A DNA stretch of 64,000 bases, taken from positions 62,001-126,000 of the forward strand of contig CBFFRP010000357.1 in the NCBI GenBank assembly GCA_965644295.1, in the 5' to 3' direction. The DNA comes from Paraphysomonas bandaiensis (Eukaryota; Protista; Chrysophyceae). The position numbers and the translations under genes were made by a program. The notes beneath the pieces were generated by a model that did not search any database, was not told where the DNA came from, and saw only the letters and a program-made list of their open reading frames with translations. How positions within the stretch are numbered: position 1 is the stretch's first letter; each line of letters starts with the position of its first letter. This document shows positions 25,542 to 39,715 of this stretch, one piece after another.

Positions 25542-26261
25542 TAACGTCTCTATGCTCTATGCCACACATAACACATATCATATGCGCATTCCTCTTTCAT
25601 ATACCCATAGATATGTGCAACATGAGCATATCTGTCTCATATAATATTATCCATACATAGGCGTGTGGATGACGAGTTTTTATATGTTTTTTTTTCATAT
25701 GTTCAGCGTGAGAGGAGTTTTTTTGCGTTGTGGAAAGAGGTGCTGACTGCAGCACAGTGTGACGGGTTCTACCTTGGTGATATCATGATGATAATATCAT
25801 AGAATAATACATACATGTTCATGATTACAAACCATTAGTAATGTGTGTTTCTAGTCCGTTGTGTGCGTGTTTGTTTACGATCTCTCTTTCGAGAACATAC
25901 ATCTTGCCTGCTCCACATATTTTAGGTTGACAAAATAGATGTCAAGTCATCTGATTAATATTTTAAGCGGTATCAGTAATTGACATTAGTGCGGTTAAAA
26001 CTTATATAACTGTACTTGAACTTACACAGCATTCAATTAGTAAAATTATAAATCATTCATTGATATTCGCTAAATTTATGTAATCTCTACGACAAATCAA
26101 TACTACCAGATCTTAGATAGGAATGATCTTATACGGTCAAACTATTTCAGTTTCTCTTAGCATATACGTTTACTTAAAATCTGCAATTATTACGGGATTG
26201 AATATACAAAAGATAATCTAAACAAAACCACTCACTATTACAAAGCAACAGTTTATCCCAT

Positions 26262-29200
26262 TTACTTCGCAATCACAAGAAAGTTATACAAATCCTTCGC
26301 TGTTGCTCGGTATTTAGGGTTTCGCTGCAAGCACATACTCAAAAGCGTTCGCAGCCAGCGCCCCCATTTTAGAGGTAACGCAGTGCTAACGGCTTCAAAA
26401 TCGATTACCTTCCCATCGTGCACATTCAAATGTAGTCCTCTCGTCGCCCATGTGTACACGCACAGACCAAAAGCCCAAACATCGCTCTTATCTGTTATCC
26501 GAAAACCCCCTGCCTCAGGTGGTGCTGTTACAGAATTGCCCCAATCCGCGCGGCCTTCAGAGAACTGACAGCCTACCTTTCGGGGATTGTGAAAAAACCA
26601 GAAATCGCCTAGTTGGTAGAGCGGTTTATCAGCAAGCCTAGTTGTTTTCGTCTGAACGGACTGGGGTTGATCAGATTCCAATTGTACCGACACCGCCATA
26701 CTGTGATCGTCGTCCAACGTTAGTGAGCCTTCTGCATCTAAAAGCGGAAGATCAGAATGGGATTCTGATTGAGCTGTGGAAGTAGATGTATTTGTCGCCG
26801 GCGGATTGGTCGTCGCCGTCATAGTGTCCTCATCATCACTATCTTCGTCTTTAGAGTCGTCATGGGATTTGGTTTTCACCATCACACAATCAGGGTGAAT
26901 ATTTCTGTGAATAATATCCGCTCTACATAGAAATGCGTTAAAATATGCCATGGCAAACAAGAATGTAGATCTAAACAACACCTGTGAAGAGCTGCGAGGG
27001 CGCCAGTTACTTGAATGAGGGCAGTTTTGAAGTCCGCATCAGTAATAGCGGACCAATTCTTAATCATATGCTCCATCATGGAGATGGCCTGGAGCTTTTC
27101 ACAACATATCATCGCTACCCGCTCGTCCACGGTCGCGTGTCCAGTGTACGAGAACCCCAGCACCTGAATAAAATCTCAAAACTTTCACTGCAATATGGAG
27201 AGCATATATATACTGCATGATTAATATATATACTGCATGATTAATATTCATATATATAGGCTCAGCTATCATGGGAAAGGTTACCTGGTGAACCGAGTAG
27301 TCAATCACTCGAATAAGATTAATGTGAGGGTTGCCAAGCATAAATGAAATTTGTCTCGATAACTCCTGCATAAAAACAATTGTTACAATACGTACTTCAT
27401 TTTTATCGCCAGTACACTAACTTCTTCGTCTTCATCATACAGTATGGGTATACTGATAACATCAATCTTCTGGTGTGTACCAGGGTCCTACAAACATGGA
27501 ATTACACAGTGTTCGAAGACTGAATATAATCAAATCCCACCTCGCACATAGTTATACTTCCTCCCCCATGCATAGGGGATCCCATGAGAAATCGCGCACG
27601 CCCTAGTATTGGTGGCGGCTCTCTGATTCTCTCAATTAATCTCGAGAACTCCCTCTCAAAATAACGCTAATAGACACAAAGCAATTAAAACTAATGCCAA
27701 CACACATCAATAATATACCTGCTCATCCACATATGGCGCTTCCTTCTTGTTGCATTCTTCACGCAAGTATGCCCTCATGGTAATTTCTTCCCTACATTAA
27801 ATGCCTCACATAACATGCCTCACAAAAATATGCATCTTACCGAAACATGCATTTTCTTTCAACTTCTTCGGCTTGTCGAAGCACATCAAACACCTCCATG
27901 TGATACCCCACCATTTTCTGAACACAACACTAGAGTCAGACTCCAGCAAAGAGAGATACTTGCATTAACGTATTGGCATAAAAAAAATCAAGCATCAGTT
28001 CATCAGAGAACATCCCACATACACAACATGATGTGATATATTAATACGATCAAGGCAGCATTCTCACCTCCAAGTTCTCTATAACATGAGCTCCTAGTTT
28101 AGTTGCAATAGCAACTTGACCAACAGCTTTCTTGAACTTTGTGCGTGCTACAGATTCCCTTTTCTTTACAGCCGAAACAGTTGCAACTGCTGATCGGATA
28201 TTCTCTACACCCTGCCCACAGTCGAGCATCTTATCTATTTTATCCCCAACTGACTGCTCTTGATGCACGTTGGTTACCCTCACAGTAGTCTTCGGGATGT
28301 TATTCTTGGCAACAAACCCTCCACCTGATAATAACGTGCAATTAGATAAAACATACAATCACGAGACTTGAATCGAGATACCTGTCAGCGGAGTACCAGC
28401 AGGCCCCCGATTCGGTATGTCACTGTCTGTCCATACTGGCGGCAGTTCAAAAATCGCTGTGGGGTCATTTTTCCAGTCAGGATCCACTGTACATGGTTTT
28501 ACCGATGTTTCCCCAATGGTTACATATGTACGCTCGAATACGCGCTTATTATTCTTTTTCACCATTCCTTTCCAGCACACTTCACACATGGGAGAACTTT
28601 TATCTACCTTATCTACTGCAGTCATGTGGGTAGCTTTGAATATCTGTAGCCGCCATGTACTTGGTAAAAGATATTGCTCCACCTCCCTTACGGCTGTAGC
28701 CTCAGTTCCACTCAACGCGATAGACCCCCTCCCACCACGAGTAGAAGCCCGTTTGGACAATATTAGTTTATGTGGATCGGGTGCATCCTCCGGAATATTG
28801 ATTCGCATATCAGATATTTTGGTTGGAGTTAACTTCACAAACACAGAGCCATGAATCTGCATTTTCTCCTTCCCAGGAAGAACGAAATGTTTATTCGTTT
28901 TAAGTTCAAATGCGCGGGCACCCTTCGGGGGATGAGTGATGAAGCTCTGAGGAAGTAAGACATATCCCAGAAAATCCGCCTTTTCATCGAAAACATAGTT
29001 CCAAAATTTGAGTAATATCTCATGAGGATGCTCGTCAAAGACTGTTCTGTTGGCAGGATTTACCTCGTCTTCTTCTTCACCAGCTGTGGCAATCTTCGAT
29101 GTCAGACGGGATAGCATTTTTTGTGGTGGACCAGGAGTGAGGGAATCATCGTCGTCATCCTCAACAAGTTCCTGTACAGGCAGAATACTTTTACCATTCG

Positions 29201-32200
29201 GGTCCACAGGAGCAAGTCCTGCACGGATAATATAGTCCGGAAGTGGTGGCATACTGCTCTCTTCTTCTCTTCTCCGGTCCCTATCCAATTTCTCGATCTG
29301 CTTCACAATCGAATCAAGTATGCGGGCCACTTCCTTCTTATCAGGTGGTAGATTAGGAAACAAGCGTTCTGAGGATTCCATACTGCGGTATGTTCTGTTT
29401 CCAGTTCGAGATGTAACAGTGGATCTGGCAGAACGAAAACTTTTATCGTCTCCCGGAAAAGAGAGCAGCGACAAGGAACCGGATTGGAATGAAATGTCGT
29501 CATCCATGGATATATCATCCACATCACGATTCTCTGTCAGTGCTTCCTGCTGAAGGGCTTCTATTCGTTGTTGGCGTTGCTTTGCGATCAATTCCATGTG
29601 TTTATCTTCCAGTTCCTGTCTGATACTAGCCTCGTATTCATCTCGCGCGGCTGACATTATTTTCTCGATGTCATCTTCACGAGATTTCTCTGCTTTCATA
29701 TGAGATTCTAGCCAGTCGCTGTACGTTCTCTCCCGACAGACAACACAGTAAGGCACATCACCAGGAATTTTAACGTAAAGATGTTGGTGGGCATATAACC
29801 ACGCTTTTTCCCGCTTCGCTCGGCGTTTAGCCGCAGCTTTCATTCTCTTAGCGCGTTTAGCAGCCTCCTCTGCAAGGCCTTCCTGCATCGCTTTCTTATA
29901 GGCTTCCGCCTCTGTCATATCCGCCGCAGCCTTTTCCTCCTGTTGTCGCCGCAATGCACGTCGATCTTTCTGTTTCTGATTCTTCTTGTTGCGATCCTGA
30001 GATTTATCCTCATTCTCCAGACGCATTGTCTCCCGGGCCTTGAAAATAACGGGACCAATTTCGGCATTAAGCTTAGCAAATTGAATCATCTCGTCCCTAT
30101 AAATCAGTTAAACACATAAATAACCGAACATCACACCCACAAAAACACCCAATACCTCGTAATTTCTCCAGGTTTCATTACAGGGAATTGGCGAAGACAT
30201 TCGTAGAACTCAATGTGGTTAACAATATTCTTAAACCACGACAACTGACGGAAAGTTTCCATGTCCTGTACACAACAGGTGAGAATTAGAAGCTAAGATC
30301 GCAGACACGCACATCATCAGTGAACTTCCGAATGGGCTCCGACATTGAGGAATACTTTTCCATTTCCTCCGAGGTTTCCATCGTGACGGCGCCTGAGCCG
30401 GATTCGACTGACGTCGCGTCCTCCAGAACCCCCCCAGTGGCAAGTGACTCAAAAGTGGAACCATCTGTAGTCGGTATCGATGAAGATGACACACCCTCTT
30501 GTTCTTCTCGTAGCCGCTTCGCACGCTCCATTTGCAACCTTCGCTTTTCTTTCCGCAAACGTTCTTTCTCCTTGCGATCCCGTTCCTCCATTTTTTTCTT
30601 CCAATTCTCATCAAAAAGGTATCTGGACTTCGCCAGCAATAAATACTTCATCGCATCCTCGTGCGGTACGGGCTCAGCGACGTTCTGACTGGCATGAGTG
30701 CTGTCCCTGCTCAACCCCGTCGTATCACTTACCATGGACATATCATCACTGGCCTGTTCCTTTTCCATTTTATCCTCTTGGTGCCTGCGGAGCATATTTT
30801 GCCATAATTTTCTCGTCATTTTCTCTTCGTGGATAAGGTGTTTCCTTGCAGTCGCTCGTTGGGCATTGACTGATTCTCTCAATGCTGCAGATGCAGTAGA
30901 GCTATTGGCCTTGGCCGATTCTTCCTCGATTTCTTCCAAACGTCTACGTACTTGTTGTGCTAACTGCTGGCTATCTTGGCGAGACTGCTGAAGCAGCTTG
31001 CTATACATCCATGACTTTTGTTGATCGTAGCGTTTCCGCATCTCAGCTTCCTGTTTTCGAAGTTCTTTCATCTGAGTAGCTTTCAATCTCGCCTCTTTCA
31101 AGATCATAGCTTCCTCTTCCTTCGCTTCTTTCATCCATCCCTTGAAAACTTCCGGTGTGATCTTTGTGATGTGAGGGACAAGCAAATCTCCATCCTTTTC
31201 CGCACGTTCATCGCGGGCCAGTTTTTGCTTCGCCAGCTCATATATCCGCTTAGTAGTTTCGTACTCTTTCAGTGCCCTGTATTGAGCAAGTCGCAATCGT
31301 TTTCCATCCACTAAACCGTGCCGCATTTCGTCGTCATATTTTTCTTTGTATAATCGCATGACACGCTTGCACTTTTCGACATCACGTTTCGTGAGCTCTG
31401 ACATGTTAGGCCTGAATATTGTGGTCTTTCCATCCCCACTGATCTCTTGACCTAAATCATCAACATTGAAGTCCAGCAGTGGTCCTTCATCTAGTTTAGA
31501 GGGGGGATGAATCAGTCCCATGAAAGTTGTTTTCTGAGCCTCAGTAAAGGTGTCCACCGGATTAATTACAATAATTCCACCCTTTAGGCGCCCTTTGCTT
31601 TGCCCACCTACGTACTTGTCAGGCTTCATAGTCTTCGTGTTATATCGAAAAAAAACCGGTGAAATAAAGTGAACCCATAGATGTTCCCACCCAGTAAAAT
31701 TCACACGTTTCTTGAATGCTGGTTTGAATCGAACATCAACAATATTTTTAGTCAGCGACCCCATATGCAACTCAGACTCCAGATCATATACTTGTTGCTG
31801 AATAAACGCCGCAATGTCTTCAGCTTGGAGTTCACGCAAATATATATGTTCCATCAACGTGCTATCCACATGAACCAAGAAGGTCACTTCACATCCCCGA
31901 ACAACATTGGCCTGTACTTCATCTCCTTCATCGAATATTTGCAAGTACTCGTCGTAAATATCGTACGGACTATCCCCGTGGCGCTCCACAGCAGTCAACA
32001 TATAACCCATCATCTCATTTATTATATCAGCTTCTGTCCTGATAGCTAGTCCATTACCACGATCAGAATCACATACACTGTGGTCATCTTTGCGCTCATT
32101 ATGCGCTTCTTCCCCATCATCTAAAAACAATATAATACATCCTAATAAAGTAATGCAGATTGAGAGTTCGTATGTTACCTTGCCGTAATTCTTTGCTGTC

Positions 32201-35200
32201 CGAAACTTCCACTTTTGGTACGACATTCTTCCGTAAATTTTCCAACGATAAGATTTCGTTCCCGTCCATGTCAGTCAAAGGCGGTCTGCGTTGTCCCTCG
32301 AGGTCACTCTCCGTCAGGCCCGTTTCCTCAATGTCTTTTATCATAGCCTGCTCCTCCGTATCCAAAAGCGTTCGAATCTGTGAAATCATCTCCCGGTTCT
32401 TTGACTCCTCCTCCGACGACTTTGCCGCAGCACCAATCGCAGCAGCCTCTTCTGCAACTGACATTCTTCTGACTGCAACATCCACATCTGAAGTTTTTTC
32501 ATTACTATGTTCCTTGTGCTCAGTCACATCACCATTGGACTCCTTTGCAGATTTCGAACACTGCTTTGACTTGTGTGCCAGCTCTTCCGCTACAGGTGCG
32601 ACCTTGCTGATGACCCCTTTTAGGGCGGGCCCCACGTACATTTCAGCTATAGCGGAAAGTTCGGCCTGCTTCTGACGAATTTTAGCCAGACGTTTCTTGA
32701 GTATTGACACACGTGTATGTCCTTTCAATTGCAGGGTCTGAAGAATACGAAGACGCTTCTGCCGTCGCTCTTCTTCTGTTAATTCACGAAGCTCCCGTGC
32801 CAGCCAATACTTCGGATCACGATTGATCTCGGCTGGGTTCGTGATCCCGAACTTCGTATACGTGACATTTACAGGAGTGCTGGGATTAAGATCAATGCGT
32901 CTTCCATCCAGCATAACCACACCAGGTACCGAACCAACTGATCTACACTGCATGCCATCTTCCAAGGGAAAGTGATCTATATTCCCAACAGAAGAAGCAT
33001 CATAAGAGGGCATCTCAAGATGACTATTAAGTTCCAGAGAATTGCTCACAGCAGTAGAATTATGGTCTTTCTCAGGGGAACTTGGAGCTGATACATGGCC
33101 GAGACTAGGTGCCGGTGAATCGCCACTGGCATGTGACCTCAGATCAACCCCTACAGGGGCAACCGACGCTTTGCGGGCAGCGGCTTTGAGTCGCTTCTTT
33201 CTTTGCTCCTCCGTCTCACCCCCCACCCGGGCGATGAACGCATCTTCGTCTTCACCGTCCAACATCTCCTCGTCTTCAATATTTTCGTGAACACCTACTT
33301 GTTTGTTCACAATCGCTGTATCGGCTGATTTCTTGTCTTCATTATTGTCTGTCCTTCCGTTCACATTGGCTCCAACACTGCAAGTACTTCCATCTTCAAT
33401 AGACCCACCGCGACTCACACTCCCAACGCTACTTGCCGTACGGGCTCGCTTTTCTTCCATGCGCTTCACCAGGTCAAGCGTCTTCTGCCATTCTGCTGCC
33501 TGACGACGACGTTCTTCCTCTGCTAGTCTTTTTTGTTCAATGAAATAATCTTCTTTCGCTTTTTTTCTTTCTAAAAGTCGTGGATCATTTTTCTCTAGTC
33601 TTTTTATCTCTTCAATTCGGAAAAACTTCGCAGGAATACATGCCGCAGTAGATATCTCGTCAATTAATTTCTCCTCGAATTTCACCCTTCGAGAGTTGTC
33701 GAATATATCCTTAACTTCAGGGGTAGCTGCGTCATTCCGTCTATCTTTCAAATTTCTCCATATGGTTTTTGTCAACGCAGAAATCTGATACTTGGACAAA
33801 GCATTCTCAACCCCTGGAGGTGGTGCACTAGAAGTGGTCGATACAGGTGGAACAGGGGGTGGTTTATTCGCTTTAGTTGTTAGTGTGGAATTGGAGTAGT
33901 CATCAGGTTTTTGGCTAGAATCTTCCTCGGACTCGTCGTCAGACTGCATGCGCCCACTTCCATCATCCCCAAGAGTGTTTCGTTGAACAGATTCTTCATA
34001 TGCAGCATAATTACCGCTTGTGTCACCATTTCCAGGTACAGTATTCCTTGCTTGCGATACAATTCTGCTTTCAGGGCCACCCTCTGTCATATCATCGACA
34101 GCATTATCAATACTAGCATTGTCTTTCGATGTAGGATTCTCATAACTATCCGTATTTCCGTTATCTGACTCATGTTCCTCAATTTCAGCATTTTCTCTCA
34201 CAGCACTGCCAACGGCACTCATATCTTCATTTTGTGTGCCGTTTCTGCTATTCGCTCCGTCCTCGGTTTTAATATCTTGTCCAACATTCTCTGTATCATC
34301 AATACCGTCCAGATCAGCATCAGATTTTTTTTCATCCCTATCGGTCTTCTTAGATTCTTCAATACCGTCGAGAACGTCCTCCTCTGCAGTTTGGCTAGGA
34401 CTATCAGCTCCTCCCTCGGTGCGATTGGTCCCGTCTGAATTAATGACATTGTCTGCGGCATCAGCATCTTGGGGATTACTTCGCATATAACTACCATCAC
34501 TGTTTTCAACTGCTGTCATAGGTGCATTTTCTGAGCCACTATCAACAACAGGATCAGACGCGGAGTTCGGTATATTAATGTCACTTTCACCAATATCTTT
34601 GGTAGGACCATTTATACCGACACCTTCGTTTCTATCAGCACTGCGCTTATCAACCTCACTACGTGGACTACTTCTACCATGAGTAGGGGTCATAACATGC
34701 TCATCCGACGCAGCATTTCCAATCTCATTGTTATTACCTTCTTCAGCCACACTAGCAAGGGCATCTACACTGCTAACGGCGGGCCCACTGCTTCGATGTC
34801 CCCCCACAACGCCACCACCAGCCAATATTGAATTACTTAGGACGCTGTTGTCCATAGTATTGAGCGAAGACGCATCGTCTATCCCCTCTTCTTCGTCTTC
34901 AGAGTCACCATGTCGCATGTATTCATCATCTAGAGCCACTTGTTTGCGAGCTCGCGAGTATAGATCTAGCTTTTCCCGAGCATACCTATACTTCGGAGGT
35001 TTCCGGGGTGTGGGCGGTTTGTCACCGTGGTGATCAGCCATCAAGCTTACGATGTCTTTCTGTAAATGAATGGCGGGATCATACCATTTAGGAGGCGGTA
35101 CACGTTCATACAGACTAGGAGGTTCCTCTAAAAGCGTAACGGTCATGAACACACAGTCAGGGTGTGTTACGGGGACAGGATTCATATTTTCCATTTTAAT

Positions 35201-37417
35201 AGTCGCCATTCCTTTCCTTCGTAGAGCTCGCATCTCTTCCGCTGCCTTGGCGCGGGCCTCCTGTTCCCGTTGTTCCTCAGATTTCTCTTCCTCCTCCATC
35301 TGATGCATCATGGCCTCCAGGGCTTGCTCTTCCTTGGATGGTGGAAACACGCGACGGTAAGCAGCATTAAGGGTCTCTTGTACAGTTACCAGAGTGCCCC
35401 GGGGATCTCGCAGCGCTTTTATCAAACCGGTGGCCCCCTTCACGCAGCGTATTATTAAACTATCGCATAAGTATACGTAGGACACTGCAACGACAGCACC
35501 GTGTAGTCCATACCTGTACTGCTTTCGTTTTCGCCGAATCCATAATAACTTTCTTGTCAAGAGCTTTGATTTTCAAAGGAATTTCCATTGCCCTATTCCT
35601 TAGTCCCTGAGCTAAGTGATGAGCAGCGAGTTTGGGATCTTCTTTAGCCAGTTCCATGAGCTCTTCAAATTTCTCCTTCACTGGTTTATTTCGAATAGCC
35701 ATTAGCGCAGCTGTTTCTGCATCCTCTCTCATCTTTTGAAGCAGACGTTCGTTCTCGTGAATTTTGAGAAGATTCCAAGGACGAACGTTAGCTAAAACGA
35801 AGCCGCTCACTGTTACAGTGCAGTTGTCGTTAAAGTCGAGGTCAGTGATAACCGGAATGCCCTCACTATCATCTTCAGCGGCAGCATTTTTTATGGGTTC
35901 TAACGGTTCCAGTCGAAACCCTCTGCAGAAAGCTAGTGAAAACAACGTGAATGACCAGTCATATATAACTCACTTGGTGCTGGGGTGCCAGACAGCTCTC
36001 TTTCGATCTCTCTCAGCGATCTTTTCCTCCCATTTTTTCCTTGCATCTCGACGACAAATAGTGTCCACAATATGGAACAATGCGTCTTCAACCTGACAAA
36101 AATATATCGATGACTACAGCTACCAACAAGTGTATTACGGAGAAACCTGTTCAAGCTCGTTCGGCTGGCTGCTGCGACGTTCAACCTCAGCCTACATAAA
36201 ATATCCCATACGTCAACATCAGGAACGATCGCAAATATGTGTCATCCTACCGCAACACGCTTCTCAAATTCCTGCTGAACTCTGAATCTTCGTCTCCTCT
36301 CTTGTTCGTCCTCGCGATACTCCCAACCGGAGAGATCCTCTCTACAGAGTAGCAACTTTATACCAACAATTATATAAGACTTGGAAACTAGCATACCTCG
36401 GTGTCAGTCTCTCTAGGTTGGAGTACTTGTCCTGCCAAATCTAAAGGAAACTGCGTCATATACGACAGACACATACCCAATACGCATGCACACGACAGTC
36501 ACACACAACATGCAACTATAAGGAATACTTCGAAAAAAATCATCACCCACCTCCCCGGGTACGAAACTAGTCATTTGCTTTGTGTCTAGGTTTACGTACA
36601 CGACTTCACCATTAGGTCGAGTTTTGCGAACCCATGGGTGAGGAGGGGCGAAAGGGTTAATGAGAGTGGCAAGCTCAAGTTCCTCCTTTTCCTCTTCAGT
36701 GAGATCTGCAGCCGTCAACTCATCATCATCTACTACAAATAAAATATCCGGTAAGTGATAGCAAATACATATGCAGTATATGCAAGAGAGATAGCATCTA
36801 TTCTCTTGGGAATAAGACCTCTCAATCGAGATTATTAGAGAAAAGCTCGTGATATACAACACATACGCTTACAATATACACATCACAAAAGACTTCAATA
36901 CTTACCGATTTCGTCTTCCAGAAATTGGGCATCCTTTGCTCGCTGTCTTGCTATTCGGTCCAGGTAACCCCTACTCGTGTTGGACCTCTTCAACGGTGCC
37001 CGACCAGAAGCAGAAGTGCCAGAAACCTGCGCCAGTCGAAAAGCAATTAATTTTTCCTTTGTAGATTCCAGTTTATACACTCGTGGCATCTCTGTGAATG
37101 GATCAATGACGCTTTGGTAGGACTTTTTCGCAGTCTGAAAAACTTCGTCCGTAGCATGCCACTTGCTGTTGTCTTTGGCATACTTCGTCTTATCCGGTTC
37201 CAAGTCAAATACCTTCTTGGATACAAGATCAAGCTGCACTCGTGGCTCCGCAGTTGGAAGTTCGAGTTTAGTAACAACATGACGAGATGTGATAGAGGTT
37301 ATTTTAGGGTCAGGTTTGTTTAGTATGGCAGCTATCGAGTTATCTGCAGTGTAACTCTAACATTATTCTACTTAAACATGACGCATCTATAGTTCATACC
37401 TGAATACTCAGAGTCAT
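26262..37417 (-). CDS. Giant multi-exon protein: WW-like domain, acidic/coiled-coil core, C2-like domain(s), C-terminal kinase-like domain
   Basis: ORFs 36895-37239, 36413-36862 (PHPWVRKTRPNGEVVYVNLDTK), 35460-35945, 32117-35560, 30286-32226, 28359-30089 (WRLQIFKATHM..VDKVDKSSPMCEVCW), 28050-28358 and the kinase exons (HRNIHP, LGDFW, APPE, KSDVWAFG) can be linked by short GT-AG introns. The start at 37417 is approximate. Confidence 0.7.
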
Positions 37418-37772
37418 GTGTAGTGTCTGCCATATTATCCGAAATACAGTGAATTGATTACTTCAGCAATAGACAGACACTGTAGAGGAGTATTGCCATC
37501 TGGCAGGGGACCGATCCAAGTTCCAGACTATGTGATATGGAACAGAATAAAGGTGACCACTCTATATAAGAGTCTGTGTATAATACTGAGAGCTAAACTA
37601 ACAACAAGCTCATATAAATTGACATACTTTCACTTCATTTGACTTCTTTTCATTATAGTGTTTGATTTCCTCCAGAAACGGCGAGAGTACACTACCCGTA
37701 TATTATATACATCTCCCGTATGTTGTCACACCACCCGTACTGACCCTTCGTTCACTTCTGTATGGTGTACGG

Positions 37773-38075
37773 TGTATGTATGTATGTATGTATGTATGTA
37801 TGTATGTATGTATGTATGTATGTATGTATGTATGTATGTATGTATGTATGTATGTATGTATGTATGTATGTATGTATGTATGTATGTATGTATGTATGTA
37901 TGTATGTATGTATGTATGTATGTATGTATGTATGTATGTATGTATGTATGTATGTATGTATGTATGTATGTATGTATGTATGTATGTATGTATGTATGTA
38001 TGTATGTATGTATGTATGTATGTATGTATGTATGTATGTATGTATGTATGTATGTATGTATGTATGTATGTATGT
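37773..38075. repeat. (TATG)n microsatellite, ~300 bp, between divergent genes
   Basis: Perfect array. Confidence 0.99.
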
Positions 38076-38182
38076 GTGTGTATAAGTACTAAAGGTTTGT
38101 AGATAGGTACATAGGAGGTATGTGTGTATCTATCTATAGCTATATATGTATAGGGTGGTGTCAATAGATCATAGAATGAGAC

Positions 38183-38644
38183 ATGATGAAGTTATATATA
38201 TGGGATGTAGTTAAGCTGCTGTCTGTTTATACTGCAGGCAATCATTTTCTTTTCCTGGTCACTCGTAAAGGAGGTGGTTTACTCCTTCATACGGTCTTAT
38301 CTGGTCCCCTCTCCCCCTCTTTTTATCTTATATACAGCATATGGTTTCTTGTTCACAGGCTAGCTGATGTATGCAATCATATGGCCTTTATATATATATA
38401 TCCTTATCGTGTGGATCACTGGATTGCTCTGATTACGCATGTGTGTAAGTATAGCGGGCATCCTGTTCTCTATTTGGAGCGCAGTAAGTTATGGCACTGG
38501 TCAATAGCAGATTTCATTGACTGTTTCGCACATTCTCTTTCTATGATATTTTTTTTTGATTGGCGATGGTCTTTACTTGGAATTTTAATGAATATTGCTG
38601 CCAGATATCATCTAGAAGTTGTGTGCCGATCGCGGCCTGAATGA
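38183..38644 (+). CDS. Hypothetical small membrane protein
   Basis: 153-aa ATG-initiated ORF with several hydrophobic, aromatic and His-rich segments, just downstream of an array. No family recognised. Confidence 0.5.
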   Translation: MMKLYIWDVVKLLSVYTAGNHFLFLVTRKGGGLLLHTVLSGPLSPSFYLIYSIWFLVHRLADVCNHMAFIYIYPYRVDHWIALITHVCKYSGHPVLYLERSKLWHWSIADFIDCFAHSLSMIFFFDWRWSLLGILMNIAARYHLEVVCRSRPE

Positions 38645-39715
38645 GTACGCGTTCTCAGGATGCGTCTAATAACACTTGGAATTCGTTTTGTCCAGGCGGC
38701 CATACACGAAGCGTAGTACAACGAAAATTCACTTTGCAGTGCATGAAACTATAAGATTTTCCCCCTGTTACTTGCTTCGTCTACCACTAACACGAACAGT
38801 TTTGACGGCACTTGGGTCAAGTACTTCCGGGTAGTATTCGTGGAGGAATTACTACTAGATGTGGGAACTCACCGTAGAAAATAAAGTGGTCGAGTATTAT
38901 GAAAAAAATTAGGAAAAATGCTTTTCTTTTTTAATTACGCAACGCTTCTCATTACAACAGTCGTAATACGCTGCGTATGTTGAATATTAAATATTTCTAC
39001 ACAAATCGTTATATTGTAGCTGGGAATGTCAAAGCGACGATATATATAGGGGAATATAGGGGATAGGGACATCAAACAATCGTTTAGGTCACTCAACTTC
39101 TAGCAGAATCTCTATTAATCGCAAGAAATTCAATTATTACAATTTTAAAAATATATTAAAAGTGGAATATATCGTTAATATGTTCACCCGATATATTTGA
39201 AGCATATATAGATACCGTAGAAAGCAAGAATATCGACATATTTTTGGCTTCCTACATCTCGTAGCTGTCAAGTGGAAGAGAAGCGATATATAGATTTTAT
39301 ATAATCTTTTCTCCAAGTGTATATAATTAGAGTTATAATTTGAATATTTGAACAACGCAAGCAATAGTACACCATTATATTGCTTGATTTGAAGTTATTA
39401 TAATGCATTATATCAAGTTTGATATAACTATTCGAAAGATATTGAGATAAATTGATGATATGTTTTGATAAAAGACTGTGCGAGTTGCATTCATACCGCA
39501 GATGTTAATTAGAGAACTAGTGCAGCGTGCAGCATATTTTCAAAAGTAATTCTTACGTAATATTAACCAAACACATACTACAAGCTACACACTAAAGTAA
39601 CTGTGGCCTTAATAAATTTCACAGTGGAAGGATTGCTTTGCACAATATACCACGGACGTAAACTAAAAGTGGACATAAAAACTAAAATAGAATATAAAAT
39701 TCTGTGCCATTTCAT

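Noticed and set aside
30231-35458. Many plus-strand Ser/Phe-rich ORFs
   Set aside because: Antisense shadows of the acidic and coiled-coil minus-strand gene.
39048-39072. ggggatagggac resembling the hAT TIR
   Set aside because: No inverted partner or TSD was found.
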